Under the pieces are notes generated by a model. The model made no database searches. It saw nothing but the letters and a program-made list of their open reading frames with translations, and was not told the DNA's origin. From an uncultured Heliobacteriaceae bacterium (GTDB lineage: Bacteria; Acidobacteriota; Blastocatellia; RBC074), in contig CAYXVZ010000024.1 in NCBI GenBank assembly GCA_964468345.1, positions 2,632 to 66,631 on the forward strand: a stretch of 64,000 nucleotides of DNA. The letters are read 5' to 3'. Made by a program: the position numbers and the translations under genes. This document shows positions 10,285 through 20,300 of this stretch, one piece after another; within the stretch, counting starts at the first letter, position 1; each line of letters opens with the position of its first letter.

Positions 10285-11217
10285 TTATTTGGCCAGCACA
10301 TTCAGACCGGTTTGTTTTTCGCGAGGCACATAGCCGCTCTTGAGTACCAGTTCCTGTCCGGTTTCGTGCTGCACCCAACTGAGATATTGCTTCACGGTCT
10401 CTTTCGGTTCGCCGACAGTATACATATACAACGGGCGCGAGATGGGGTAGGCGCCGCTTTGCGTATTCTCAACCGTGGGCGCATACGCCGGTTCGCCGGC
10501 TTTGCGCGCCACGCGCAACATTTTCACGTGCGGCGTCGCATATCCCATGCCGCTATAGCCGATTGCGCACGGCGTTCGGCTGACGAGTTCGACGACATCT
10601 TTCGAACCGTGCAGATCGAGCGTGCCCAGTTTGAAATCGCCCGTTTTCCCGAGCACCGCTTCGCGAAAGTAGTAATAAGTGCCCGAATTCGATTGGCGGC
10701 TGACGAGAATCATTTCATTGTCGCGGCAGCCGGGCATCTGCACGCCGAGATCGCTCCAGCCGCGCACGGCCCCTTTTTCCGCATAAATCGCGGCCAGTTG
10801 TTCCAGCGTGATTTCGTTCAATGGATTGTCGGTTCGGACAAAAATCGCCAGCGCGTCATAGCCGACAATGTGCAGGACAGGTGTCTGGCCGGTCGCGGCC
10901 TTGACCTTGGCGATTTCCTCTTCACTCATCAGCCGGCTGCAGTTTGCGATATCGGCTGTGCCGCTGATCAGCGCCGCAACGCCCGTTCCCGACCCACCGC
11001 CCGAAACTTCCACCGATACGCCGGGGGCGACTCGTGCGTATTCTTCCGCCCAGGCCTGCGCAAGATTCACCATCGTGTCCGAACCGATGTTCTGAATCAC
11101 CGCGCGCGGTCCGGTTTCTTGCGCATCGTCCGATGCACAGGCTGCCATGAGCAGGCTCAAAAAGAGAAGTGATATCAGGAGAGAAATGGACTTGGTGCGA
11201 TACGTTAGGTGCGCCAT
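10285..11217 (-). CDS. pstS: Phosphate-binding lipoprotein PstS
   Basis: Lipoprotein signal MAHLTYRTKSISLLISLLFLSLLMAAC. PstS motifs GSDTMVNLAQAWAEEY, GGGSGTG, TADIAN. Start at ATG 11217; the 27-aa extension to 11298 would give an implausibly long n-region. Confidence 0.88.
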   Translation of the reverse strand: MAHLTYRTKSISLLISLLFLSLLMAACASDDAQETGPRAVIQNIGSDTMVNLAQAWAEEYARVAPGVSVEVSGGGSGTGVAALISGTADIANCSRLMSEEEIAKVKAATGQTPVLHIVGYDALAIFVRTDNPLNEITLEQLAAIYAEKGAVRGWSDLGVQMPGCRDNEMILVSRQSNSGTYYYFREAVLGKTGDFKLGTLDLHGSKDVVELVSRTPCAIGYSGMGYATPHVKMLRVARKAGEPAYAPTVENTQSGAYPISRPLYMYTVGEPKETVKQYLSWVQHETGQELVLKSGYVPREKQTGLNVLAK

Positions 11218-11605
11218 ACACGTTTTCACAGGCTTTAGTATTTCGGATCGGAGCGCCAGATGAGCCAGCGCTCCGGTGGCGCTTCGTATGCTTATCAAAT
11301 AAGGAAAGATTCCTTCAGACTGAGTATGACAACCGGGTGTTAAGGGGGTGCAAAATGCACATCAAATGCATGTTAATTTCCGCGCTGGACGGCAAGAAAG
11401 ATAATCCTCGCCTGATACGGCCATAAAAAATCCTGAACATGCCTTGTGTATCGTGACACTGACATCCGGTCGCTTCGCATTCCAAGTCTTACAAACGAAG
11501 AGTCGCAGTCAGCAACATTCAAGTGACCGGATGTTCATTCGTGGCTTTCAGGCATTGCGGCGAAGGCCGAATGCGACGACGCTCACAGTCCAAACATCCA
11601 AATGC

Positions 11606-12406
11606 ATGTTCAAAACCATCGGATCTCAAATTGCCCCTTTGATCCGCACGGACGTCTATGACGTGCGGCTCGCTGGCAGCTTTGCGGAAATTGACGCGGC
11701 AATGCGGTTGCGATTCGAAGTCTTCAATCTCGAATTGCAGGAAGGCCTCCAATCTTCTCATAGTCGCGGGTATGACCAGGATGCCTACGATGCCTATTGC
11801 GACCACTTGATTCTCAAGGAAGTGGCGACGGGGCAAGTCGTCGGCACCTATCGTTTGCTGCGCAGGACCACCGCCGAGCGCAACATCGGCTTTTATTCCG
11901 AAAACGAATTCGACCTGCGCCCGTTCAAGGAATTGCGCGGTGAAATCATCGAACTCGGCCGATCCTGCATTGCGCAATCGCATCGTTCCTTCGCCGCGAT
12001 CAACCTCTTGTGGAAGGGAATCGTGCAGTACGCCATGCAGCACAACGCGCAATACCTGTTCGGCTGCTGCAGCCTGCATTGTTCGTCTCCCGAAGACGTG
12101 TTGCCGATTTATTCCTATCTGCGGTCACGGTGCCTGACGCCGGAGCGATTTCGCGTGCAGCCCGTGCCGTCGTGCCGCTTGCCGCTGGAGGAGGAATTCC
12201 TTCAACCCGGGCAGGAACGGGATGTCTGGCAACGGATTCCGCCGGTGATGAAAGGCTATCTGCGCGCCGGCGCCATGATCTGCGGCGCGCCGGCCTATGA
12301 CGCGGAATTCGGCACGGCCGACCTGCTGGTTCTGCTCGAAATGAGGAAGATTTCGGACCGCTATCGGATTCGGTATCAGGGGCCGACCGAAGCTCAATTG
12401 TATTGA
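11606..12406 (+). CDS. OlsB-like / N-acyl amino acid synthase family acyltransferase (COG3176 putative hemolysin GNAT-like)
   Basis: Similarity to ornithine-lipid N-acyltransferase/hemolysin-like GNATs (IRTDVYDVRLAGS..., GTYRLLRRTTAERNIGFYSENEF...). The start is uncertain: 11606 (MFKTIGS), 11531 or 11444. Confidence 0.55.
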   Translation: MFKTIGSQIAPLIRTDVYDVRLAGSFAEIDAAMRLRFEVFNLELQEGLQSSHSRGYDQDAYDAYCDHLILKEVATGQVVGTYRLLRRTTAERNIGFYSENEFDLRPFKELRGEIIELGRSCIAQSHRSFAAINLLWKGIVQYAMQHNAQYLFGCCSLHCSSPEDVLPIYSYLRSRCLTPERFRVQPVPSCRLPLEEEFLQPGQERDVWQRIPPVMKGYLRAGAMICGAPAYDAEFGTADLLVLLEMRKISDRYRIRYQGPTEAQLY

Positions 12407-12433
12407 TTCGCTGCTCAGATAAAGGATCGATTG

Positions 12434-13705
12434 ATGGAATCCGGCAGTCTCTCCGATCGCCTGTACCGCAATTTCGGCCGCAGTCATATCTTCGCGGTGA
12501 CGTGGCTGGCCTATGCCGGATTTTATCTGTGCCGAAAGAATTTCAGTGTGACCATGCCGTTGCTGGTCGAGCAGGTGGGCTGGAACAAGCTGCAATTGGC
12601 CAATGTGCTGTTCGGCTATAGCCTGATGTATTGCACCTGGCAGTTCGTCAACGGGTATCTGTCCGATCGCCTGGGCGCGCGGCTTGTCGTGGGGGCGGGA
12701 TTGTTCATTGCGATTTTTTCGAATCTCGCGATGGGCATGACGGCATCGCTAGGACTGATGCTGGTGCTTAACTGCATCAACGGCGCGGCACAGGCGACAG
12801 GATGGTCCGGCCTCGTCAAAACCATGTCGGCCTGGTATGTTCCGCGCGAACGCGGCGTCATCATGGCCTGGTGGAGCACGAACTATGCGCTCGGCGGGTT
12901 TCTGGCGACGCTCTTCGCGACCTGGTCGATTTCGCAATCCGTGCTGTTGACGAAATTCACCTGGCAGCGCGGCTTTTGGATGCCCGCCCTTCTGCTTGCG
13001 CCGATCGCGATTCTGTTTGTGCTGCTGGTGCGAAATCATCCCCCGGGAGCCTCTGACACCAGCGCGGGATCGGCATCGCCCCTTCATGATTCTTCCAACC
13101 TTGGCGAGATTCTCCGAAATCGCGTGGTATGGACGATTTCGCTGAGTTATTTCTTCGTCAAGGCCACGCGCTATTCCTTTCTTTTCTGGTTGCCGTTATA
13201 CCTGACCGAGCGTCTTCGCTATGAGAAATCGGACGCCGGCTATTTTTCCTCGATTTATGAACTGGTCGGTTTCACGGGCGTAATTCTCGCGGGCTATGTC
13301 TCGGACCGCCTGATGCGGTCACAGCGCTTTCCGGTGGTGACGATGATGTTGTGGTGTCTCGCGGGATTGTGCTTTCTGCATCCGATGGTGGCGAGCATGG
13401 GGATGATGTTCAATGCGATCGGCGTGGGGCTGATCGGGATGATGACCTTCGGCCCGGATACGATGATCGCGGGGCCGGCCGTGCAGGATGCCGTTTCAAC
13501 GCGGGCCGCCGGCACGGCGGCGGGGTTCGTCAACGGCGTCGGCTCGGCGGGGCAGTTGCTGTCGCCCTATCTGGTCGCGGTGGTGGCGGACCAATTCGGA
13601 TGGGATCGGCTGTTTTATCTTTTCGGCGTCTTTGCGTTGATCAGCGGCGCCATGCTTATGAGCTTATGGAAAACATCGCAAACACCGGCTCCGGTGGAAG
13701 TTTGA
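12434..13705 (+). CDS. MFS transporter, organophosphate:Pi antiporter (GlpT/UhpC-like) family
   Basis: 12-TM MFS with OPA-family motifs (YAGFYLCRKNFSVTMP, GWSGLVKTMSAWYVPRERG). ATG at 12434, preceded by an AAGGA Shine-Dalgarno. Confidence 0.85.
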   Translation: MESGSLSDRLYRNFGRSHIFAVTWLAYAGFYLCRKNFSVTMPLLVEQVGWNKLQLANVLFGYSLMYCTWQFVNGYLSDRLGARLVVGAGLFIAIFSNLAMGMTASLGLMLVLNCINGAAQATGWSGLVKTMSAWYVPRERGVIMAWWSTNYALGGFLATLFATWSISQSVLLTKFTWQRGFWMPALLLAPIAILFVLLVRNHPPGASDTSAGSASPLHDSSNLGEILRNRVVWTISLSYFFVKATRYSFLFWLPLYLTERLRYEKSDAGYFSSIYELVGFTGVILAGYVSDRLMRSQRFPVVTMMLWCLAGLCFLHPMVASMGMMFNAIGVGLIGMMTFGPDTMIAGPAVQDAVSTRAAGTAAGFVNGVGSAGQLLSPYLVAVVADQFGWDRLFYLFGVFALISGAMLMSLWKTSQTPAPVEV

Positions 13706-14496
13706 AAGCCGTCATTCTGGATTGGGCCGGAACGACCATTGATTTCGGATCTTTCGCTCCGACTTCCGTCATTTTGGAAGTCTTCGAACGCCGCGGCCTC
13801 GCCATCACGCCGGAACAGGCCCGCGCGCCGATGGGCCTGCCGAAAAAAGATCATCTGCGGGCGGTCCTGCAAATGCCCGCGGTCGCGGCCGCATGGCAGG
13901 AGAAGTTCGGCAGTCCTTTCGGACCGGCTGACCTGGAGGAGATGTACGCCGATTTCGTGCCCCTGCAGATGGATTGTTTGCGCGAATATGCCACGCTGAT
14001 TCCGGGCACGCTTGAAACGGTCGCCACGCTTCGACGGCAGGGCTTGCGAATCGGCTCGACGACCGGGTACACCGACGAGATGATGGCGATACTCGCGAAA
14101 GAGGCGATTCGCCAGGGATATGAACCGGATTGCATCGTCGTTCCCTCGCAAGTGCCGGCCGGCCGGCCGGCGCCCTATATGTGCTGGCTCGCGGCAACCA
14201 AGATGCAGGTTTATCCCGCGGCGGCCGTCGTCAAGGTCGGCGACACGCAGGCGGACATCCAGGAAGGTTTGAACGCGGGAATGTGGACGGTCGCCGTTGC
14301 GATGACCGGCAACGAACTCGGCCTTCGCGAATCGGAGCTTGCCGCGCTTCCGCCGGACGACGTCGAACTGCGTCGGGTTCGCGCCCGGCAGCGCCTCGAA
14401 GACGCGGGCGCGCATTTTGTCATCGACGGCATTGCGGACCTGCCGGCGACGCTCGAAACGATCCGGGAAATGTTGGCCAGTGGCGAACGACCTTAA
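13666..14496 (+). CDS. phnX: Phosphonoacetaldehyde hydrolase (phosphonatase) PhnX, HAD superfamily
   Basis: LKAVILDWAGTTIDFGSFAP (HAD motif I with the PhnX-type DWAGTT) and later HAD motifs (GSTTGY, KVGDTQADIQEG). The start is an internal ATG at 13666 that overlaps the MFS gene's 3' end. The ORF's upstream 105-aa Gly/Arg-rich extension is rejected. Confidence 0.85.
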   Translation: MENIANTGSGGSLKAVILDWAGTTIDFGSFAPTSVILEVFERRGLAITPEQARAPMGLPKKDHLRAVLQMPAVAAAWQEKFGSPFGPADLEEMYADFVPLQMDCLREYATLIPGTLETVATLRRQGLRIGSTTGYTDEMMAILAKEAIRQGYEPDCIVVPSQVPAGRPAPYMCWLAATKMQVYPAAAVVKVGDTQADIQEGLNAGMWTVAVAMTGNELGLRESELAALPPDDVELRRVRARQRLEDAGAHFVIDGIADLPATLETIREMLASGERP

Positions 14497-14508
14497 AGGA
14501 GAATTCGC

Positions 14509-15060
14509 GTGCCCCGACAAACCATCGATGAAATTTCGCAGTTGTATCTGGAACGCGCTCAGGGAGCGTATTTCGGCGAGGCCGTCTCGGAACTCGAACA
14601 TGCCCTGCAGGCCGCCGATCTCGCTTCGCGAAATGGTGAAAGCGAGAGTTTGATCCTCGCCTGCCTGCTGCATGACATCGGGCATCTTTTGCATCGCCTG
14701 CCCGAGAACGTTGCGGACTTCGGCATCGACGCGAAGCACGAAACCATCGGCGCCGCCTGGCTGGCTCGGCGCTTCGATCCGGCCATCACGGAACCCATTC
14801 GCCTGCATGTCGATGCCAAGCGGTATCTTTGCGCGACAGAACCCAGCTATTTACAGGGACTCTCGCCCGCCTCAATGCTGAGCCTGAAGCTTCAGGGCGG
14901 CGTGATGACGCCAGAAGAAGCCGCTGATTTTGAAAAACTACCCTATGCGCAGGATGCCATTCGGCTGCGCCGCTATGATGAGCAGGCCAAGGTGACCGGT
15001 CTGCGTGTTCCCGCATTCGATGCCTATCAATTGATGATGACGGCGGCAATAGTTCGGTAA
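14509..15060 (+). CDS. phnZ: HD-domain protein of the PhnZ family (mixed-valent diiron oxygenase that cleaves C-P bonds of 1-hydroxy-aminoalkylphosphonates)
   Basis: PhnZ is recalled here from memory, not from a database search. Its motifs align closely: YFGEAVSELEHALQAADLASRNGESESLILACLLHDIGHL, HVDAKRYL, RRYDEQAKVTGLRVP. Confidence 0.6.
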   Translation: MPRQTIDEISQLYLERAQGAYFGEAVSELEHALQAADLASRNGESESLILACLLHDIGHLLHRLPENVADFGIDAKHETIGAAWLARRFDPAITEPIRLHVDAKRYLCATEPSYLQGLSPASMLSLKLQGGVMTPEEAADFEKLPYAQDAIRLRRYDEQAKVTGLRVPAFDAYQLMMTAAIVR

Positions 15061-15070
15061 GAAAACGAGA

Positions 15071-15110
15071 GCACGAAACAAACGAAAGAGAACTCAGTTT
15101 GCCTGTTTCG
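15071..15110. terminator. Candidate bidirectional hairpin between the convergent phnZ-like and FAD-oxidase genes
   Basis: 8-bp stem acgaaaca/tgtttcgt with a 23-nt loop in the 73-nt convergent intergenic gap. No clear U-tract. Confidence 0.3.
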
Positions 15111-15133
15111 TACTCCCGTTATCATCTTAACTT

Positions 15134-16282
15134 TCAAATCTCAAATTCTTCTCCCATCGCCTTTTTCACAATCATTTCCGCAACGCCGAAGGACATGGTC
15201 ATGCCGCGGCCGCTGGGGCTGCCGATGATGGTCGCGCCGGGCGCGGGGTGGGCCGTGTAGACGACTTCGGTGGGATGTTTCGCATAAACGCCCATCCAGC
15301 GGGATGTGATGCGCAGGTCGGGCAGCACGAGAAAGTTTCGCAGGTACGTCAGGATCAGTTCATCGATTTCGTCTTTGTTGAAGGGCGTAATCTCTTCATC
15401 GTACTCGTGCGAATCGCCGATGGTGATTTCGCCGCGGGCGTGCTGCGAGGCCATGACGTGAATGCCATAGCGGACATAATCCGGCATGTCTTTTTGGAAT
15501 CGTTCCCGCAGCGCGGGCAGCGAGGGGCAGTCGCTGAAGCAGGGATAATGACAAAGCGTCAGGCCCGCGGCCAGCATGGGCCCGATGCGCAATTGCTCGC
15601 CATAGGCCTGCGATCGCATCATCTGCAGTTTGACGCGCGTCATCCCGCTCGCGGCGAAGGTTTCGGGATAGAGCGTTTGAAAATCCTCGCCAGAACAGAC
15701 ATAGAGATTTTGCGCCTTCCACTCGCGTCCGCCCGCAAAAACCGCCGGCTGCTCATAGCCTGCAACCGCGGTGTTGAATTCGAACTGCACGCCATAGGTC
15801 TTCTGCAAAAAGCCCGGCAGGCGGGCGATGACTTCGCGCGGATCGACGCAGACTTCGGTGGGGCTCCACATGCCGCCGAGCAGATTCATGGGATTGACGG
15901 CCGGCGAAAGTCGGAGAATCTCCCGCGGCGTGCGCCATTCGCAATCGAATCCTGTTTCGGGCCCGACATCGATGAACTCCTGCAAGACGGCGGCTTCCGA
16001 TTCATGATAGGCCAGATGCAAGGAGCCGGTCTGTTCATGCCAGATGCCGCTTTCATTCAGGACGTCGAGCCAGATGTCGCGACTGCGCAGGGCGCGCCGA
16101 TGCCATTCGCCGGGCCACAGGCCGACCGGCCAGAGCATTCCGAAGTTTCGAACCGACGCGCCCATCGCGCGCTCATTGCGTTCGAACACGATCACGCGGC
16201 GACCGCGTTTGGCAAGGTGATATGCATGCGCAAGGCCCATGATGCCCGCGCCGACGATTGCATCGTCAAATTGATTCGTCAT
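15134..16282 (-). CDS. FAD-dependent amine oxidoreductase (DAO family; TIGR03364-like, phosphonate-cluster associated)
   Basis: N-terminal dinucleotide-binding motif IVGAGIMGLAHAYHLAKRGRRVIVFER. Glycine/D-amino-acid-oxidase-like length and motifs. Start at ATG 16282 (MTNQFDD); the 127-aa upstream extension has no support. Confidence 0.7.
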   Translation of the reverse strand: MTNQFDDAIVGAGIMGLAHAYHLAKRGRRVIVFERNERAMGASVRNFGMLWPVGLWPGEWHRRALRSRDIWLDVLNESGIWHEQTGSLHLAYHESEAAVLQEFIDVGPETGFDCEWRTPREILRLSPAVNPMNLLGGMWSPTEVCVDPREVIARLPGFLQKTYGVQFEFNTAVAGYEQPAVFAGGREWKAQNLYVCSGEDFQTLYPETFAASGMTRVKLQMMRSQAYGEQLRIGPMLAAGLTLCHYPCFSDCPSLPALRERFQKDMPDYVRYGIHVMASQHARGEITIGDSHEYDEEITPFNKDEIDELILTYLRNFLVLPDLRITSRWMGVYAKHPTEVVYTAHPAPGATIIGSPSGRGMTMSFGVAEMIVKKAMGEEFEI

Positions 16283-16284
16283 GT

Positions 16285-16884
16285 TTATGCGTTCTGAATA
16301 GAAATAGTTTCGCCCAATGCCGCATTTCTTCCTTCGAGGGGATAGAGGCGAAAGAGCAAAAGTTCCACAATGACAACCATCAGTCCCACCACGATCGCGC
16401 AGACCGGCCAGAAACTCCAGTAATTGCTGAACCAGTTCGCGCAGGCTGTATAGGGCGTATGGGCGATGTTTACATTGAGAACCGGTTTGGTCGTCAAGCG
16501 AGTCACATATTGCCAGAATAAAAACCACGCCCAGGCAGGGAACCAACTCCAGCCGGTGGCGCGCACTTTTCTCATTGCATACATCGCCAGCAGAAAACCG
16601 CCCAGGTGAGAAGTGATCGATGCAATCCAGATCTCCTGTGTTACCCATGCATCGATCAACCACATCGGCAATCCGATCACCAGCCAGATCGATGCGATTC
16701 GAATTAATAACGCCGACCCGGCCGCCATTGCAATCGCCAGCATCAGCGTGGTGATGTGGCAGTTATACATGATCCAGCCCGGCTCGCCAAAATCAGCGTA
16801 TTGCCAGAGCCGGTACAGAAAGATCAGAAGCGGAAGGACCGCCATCCATTGAAATCGTTTCGTGAGCCAGGGGTGCTTTGTCAT
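16285..16884 (-). CDS. Integral membrane protein of unknown function (about 6 TM, Trp-rich), co-transcribed upstream of the FAD oxidase
   Basis: Hydrophobic segments throughout. Its stop abuts the FAD oxidase start (1-nt gap). Confidence 0.5.
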   Translation of the reverse strand: MTKHPWLTKRFQWMAVLPLLIFLYRLWQYADFGEPGWIMYNCHITTLMLAIAMAAGSALLIRIASIWLVIGLPMWLIDAWVTQEIWIASITSHLGGFLLAMYAMRKVRATGWSWFPAWAWFLFWQYVTRLTTKPVLNVNIAHTPYTACANWFSNYWSFWPVCAIVVGLMVVIVELLLFRLYPLEGRNAALGETISIQNA

Positions 16885-16926
16885 ATATCAAATTCCATTT
16901 GGGTGTATGGAAACTCCAGAACAGAT

Positions 16927-17012
16927 CCGCCACGAATATTCACGAATCGGCACGAATCGATACCCAAAACCAGTGTAGCGTCTCGTTCATTCGTGCTTAT
17001 CCGTGTGTATTC
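16927..17012. repeat. Palindromic repeat family B copy 1 (ccacgaatattcacgaat ... cattcgtg ... tattcgtgg)
   Basis: Inverted arms ccgccacgaatattcacgaatcggcacgaatcg / cattcgtgcttatccgtgtgtattcgtggcgg. Confidence 0.6.
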
Positions 17013-17042
17013 GTGGCGGCTTATACACGATATTGCAAACAG

Positions 17043-17206
17043 ACCTAGATCAAATTTCATTTCGGCGTATGGAAAATGCAGGAATTTTTGGCCACGAATA
17101 TTCACGGATAAACACCAATGATCCCCGGGAGGTGGCATAGCGACTCATTCGTGAATATTCGTGTGCATTCGTGGCTGACCATACGTGCAACTGAAAACCT
17201 ATCTAA
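17043..17206. repeat. Palindromic MITE-like repeat family B copy 2, with terminal inverted repeats
   Basis: Core gccacgaatattcacggataaacaccaatga ... tcattcgtgaatattcgtgtgcattcgtggc. Outer TIR cctagatcaaatttcatttcggcgtatgg / ccatacgtgcaactgaaaacctatctaaatcagg. About 85% identical to 22541..22696. Confidence 0.7.
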
Positions 17207-17343
17207 ATCAGGAAAAGCAAGAAAGTCTCAACACCGAAGAGCACGAAGAAGAGAGAGAAGGCTTTTTCGTTCGTCTTTCTTCGTGCTCTTCGTTTCTTCG
17301 TGGTAAAAGCATTGTCCCAAAGTTGTTCGCACCGACTTAGAAC
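17203..17343. repeat. MITE/REP-like repeat family A copy 2. It abuts the TBDR stop codon at 17337.
   Basis: ctaaatcaggaaaagcaagaaagtctcaacaccgaagagcacgaagaag ... cttcgtgctcttcgtttcttcgtggtaaaagcattgtcccaaagttgttcgcaccgacttagaacg. Confidence 0.7.
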
Positions 17344-20300
17344 GAAAGTCGAATTGCGAATTGTCCGACGCGGTTGCCGCCCGCGTCCGCGCCGCGCGCG
17401 CTGGTGATGACGCCGAAAGACGCATTCGAGATATTCGTCCCCGGATCTGCCAGATTCGGATGGTTCGGCAGGTTTGTGAAAGACCCCTCGAATTTCAATC
17501 CGATGCGTTCGGTGATGCGGAAATCCTTGGCCAGTCCCATCGAAAGATTGATGGCGCCCGGGCCGACCAGTGTGCCGACGCCTGCCGTGCCGAAACGGCC
17601 GATCGGCGCAACGCCGGCGCAGTTGAATTGGTTGGCCTGCCCAACCGTTCCGCCCGGGCAGGTGAAGGCAGATCGATTGAACCAGCGATCGGCCGTCGGA
17701 CTCTCCAGATTGCCATCCTGGCCGGCCACAAGATCGGGACGCTGGCTGCCGCGAGAGGGGCCGTTCGTGCCCGATGGATCGCCGTTGCCGATGGTCGGCG
17801 TCAGAAAGGTTCCGGTCTGCACGAGAAAGATGCTGCTCAATCGCCATCCGCCCAGCACTGCGTTCACAAAAGGATTCCAGTTTGCGCCATAGGCTTTCCC
17901 TTTGCCGAAGGGCAGGTCGTATAGCGTCGTCGTGATCCAGCGATGACGGCGATTGAACCCGACATTGCCGCGATCGCCGCGGCGATTGAGCGAATTGGAG
18001 ACGCGACCTCCGCCATTCTCTGCTGAAAAGCCCGGCGAAGCCGGTCCCATCGCGTCTGAGAGATTTTTTGAAAACGTCCATGCGCTCTGCAGTGTGAAGC
18101 CATTGCGCAGGCGACGTGAAGCCTCGACCTGGAACGCGTTATAAATGCTGTTCGCGCCCGTATCGCGGCTATAGATGATGTTCCAGTTCGGGAACGGCCG
18201 ATCCGTCAAAGGCCGCGATGCGAATGGCGTTGTGCTCGGCAGCGGCTGATTCAGATCCGGCGCAAAAGGCAGCTGCACGCCGCGCATTCCGATGTAGGAA
18301 AGACGAAGCCCGAGATTCCAACCGATCTCGCGCTCGACCGTCAGGTTCCATTGCATTGAATATGGATCCTGGAACTTGTCGTGATTCGCCGTGCGGAAGT
18401 CCGCTGTGCCCAGTGCGGAGGTCCGCGCGCCGCCCGCCCGCGTATTGGGCCATGAATATGCCGGGCCTGTCGCCGTCTGCGAATTGACGAATTCGCGCAC
18501 ATCCGAACTGGTCGATGCTGTCAGCGAATAAAAGACGCTGCCCAGAATTGTCATGGTGTAAACGCCAAAGCCGCCGCGAACGACCGTCTTGCCATTATCG
18601 AAAGGCCGATAGGCAAAGCCGAAGCGCGGATTGAAATTTCTCTTGTCCGTGAAGCGAAGCCCTTCCGGAAAGCCGGCGTCTTTGGCCGATAGCACAGGCG
18701 TACACGGGACGCCGAGCGCGGAATTGGGCGCCGGGCAGGCGTTGATCACCGATAAAAACGATTGCGGCGTGATCGCCAATGCTTTCGGATTGCTTGGGAT
18801 AATCACCCGGCCGGTGCGCGGCGTGTTCCGATCGAAGTTGCCGATATTGAAGTTCTTGTCCTGAAAGGGCGGATGCAGTTCGTACCGCAGACCGTATTCC
18901 AGTGTCAGTTTCGGATTGATCTTGAAACTGTCCTGTCCGTAAAAGTGGTAATGATTGGCCACGCCTTCGACGTCCACGTTGACGACCGCGACCGTTGTCG
19001 AAGCGGGCAACCCCAGCAGGAAGTCCGCGAAATCGTTGCCCGTAAAGATGCCGCGAAAGTTATGCACCCCGGCATCGTCGCCACTGGTGAAACTGGTGAC
19101 GTCGTTCGTTCCCAGGCGCCGATAATCCACGCCGAACTTGAAAGTGTGGCGTCCCCGGCTCCATGTCGTGTTGTTGTTGAACTGGTAGAGGGAAGATTCG
19201 ACCTTGTTCCGGTTGTTGCTCAGGTTCGATGTGATGCCGCTGAATACGATATTGGGCAGCACGTCCTGCCGCAGGTTTCCAAGACCCGTCAGGCCCAGGC
19301 TATTGGTGAAAGCGATCGTGTCGAAGGGCAGCGTTGCGCCGCTGTCCCGATAGGTCCGGCCGAACCGGAATTCATTAAGCAGCGAAGACGAAATCGTATA
19401 GTTGTGCGAAAGCACCAGATTCCGGTTTTTCTCAAACACCGTGCGCGACGGGAGCGCAAGATTCGATGGCGCCGTCTGATCGATGTTTTTCCAGGTGTAG
19501 CGACCGAAGATCGATTGTTTGCCGGTCAGGTTATGATCGATGCGAATATCGAATTGATTCGATTCGATCGGCGAGGGACGATTGATGCGGAAATTTCCCA
19601 CCGTCGCATTGAAGTTAGGCTGCGGATAGAGCTCGAGAATTTTTTTTGCAGCTGGCGCGATGCGATTGTCGGGAATCGTATTGTTCGCGAAATTGGTTCT
19701 GGTCAAGGGATCGAGAATCGCCGTTGTGAACACGCCCCGACGCAGGTCCGCCGTGGGCACGGTGTTCTGAATGGTCGAGGAACTGCGAAAACGCATTCCT
19801 TCATAAGCGCCCAGAAAGAAGGTGCGATCCTTGAAAATCGGGCCGCTGAAGGTTCCGCCGAACGTATTCGCTACTTTGCCGGGTTTGCTCGGCGATCCCA
19901 GCGGCTTGGCGTCGAGCGCCGCATTCTGATGATAGTTAAAGGCCGCGCCGTGAAACTGATTCGTCCCGCCCTTCGACGTGGTCGTGATATCCGCGACCTG
20001 CCCGTATTCGGCGTTGTTTCCGACGGCCTGGACCTTCATTTCGCTGATCGATTCGGCGGAAGGGAAATTGTCCCGCAGCGGGCCGTTGCTGCGGATGTTG
20101 ACGGTCGAGATGCCGTCCACGCTGACTTCGGTCTGGTGCGGCAGCGCGCCCTGAATCGAAAAATTGAATCCATTGTCCGATTGCACGCCCGGCAAGGCCG
20201 AAAGCAGATTGTATGGACTGGTGCTGCGATTCCCGCGGAAGTTTGCGGGCAGAGAAAGAACCTTTTGCGCATCGAAGCTCGATGAGATCGTTTGGGTCTC

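Noticed and set aside
11218-11298. Alternative TTG start extending PstS by 27 aa
   Set aside because: It would place a long non-hydrophobic leader before the lipoprotein signal. The ATG at 11217 gives a canonical signal with a lipobox (LMAAC).
11351-11470. Canonical E. coli-type Pho box (CTGTCAT-N4-CTGTCAT) upstream of pstS
   Set aside because: Only TGACA/TGTCA half-sites with non-11-bp spacing were found. The alternative motifs are reported only as low-confidence hypotheses.
13351-13665. 105-aa Gly/Arg-rich N-terminal extension of the phnX ORF
   Set aside because: It overlaps the MFS transporter coding region in another frame. The HAD motif I (DWAGTT) sits immediately after the internal ATG at 13666, as in PhnX orthologs.
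18762-20285. Long antisense or alternative-frame ORFs inside annotated genes (e.g. 18762..20285 +, 29449..31326 -, 33005..34348 -, 37284..38726 -, 41185..42429 -, 42625..43695 -, 44114..45427 -, 45617..46792 -, 48044..49099 -, 50013..52097 +, 55585..56664 -, 57618..58655 +, 9478..10083 +, 10255..11172 +)
   Set aside because: Typical high-GC shadow ORFs: Arg/Ala/Gly/Pro-rich, no motifs, and fully overlapping strongly supported genes on the other strand or frame.
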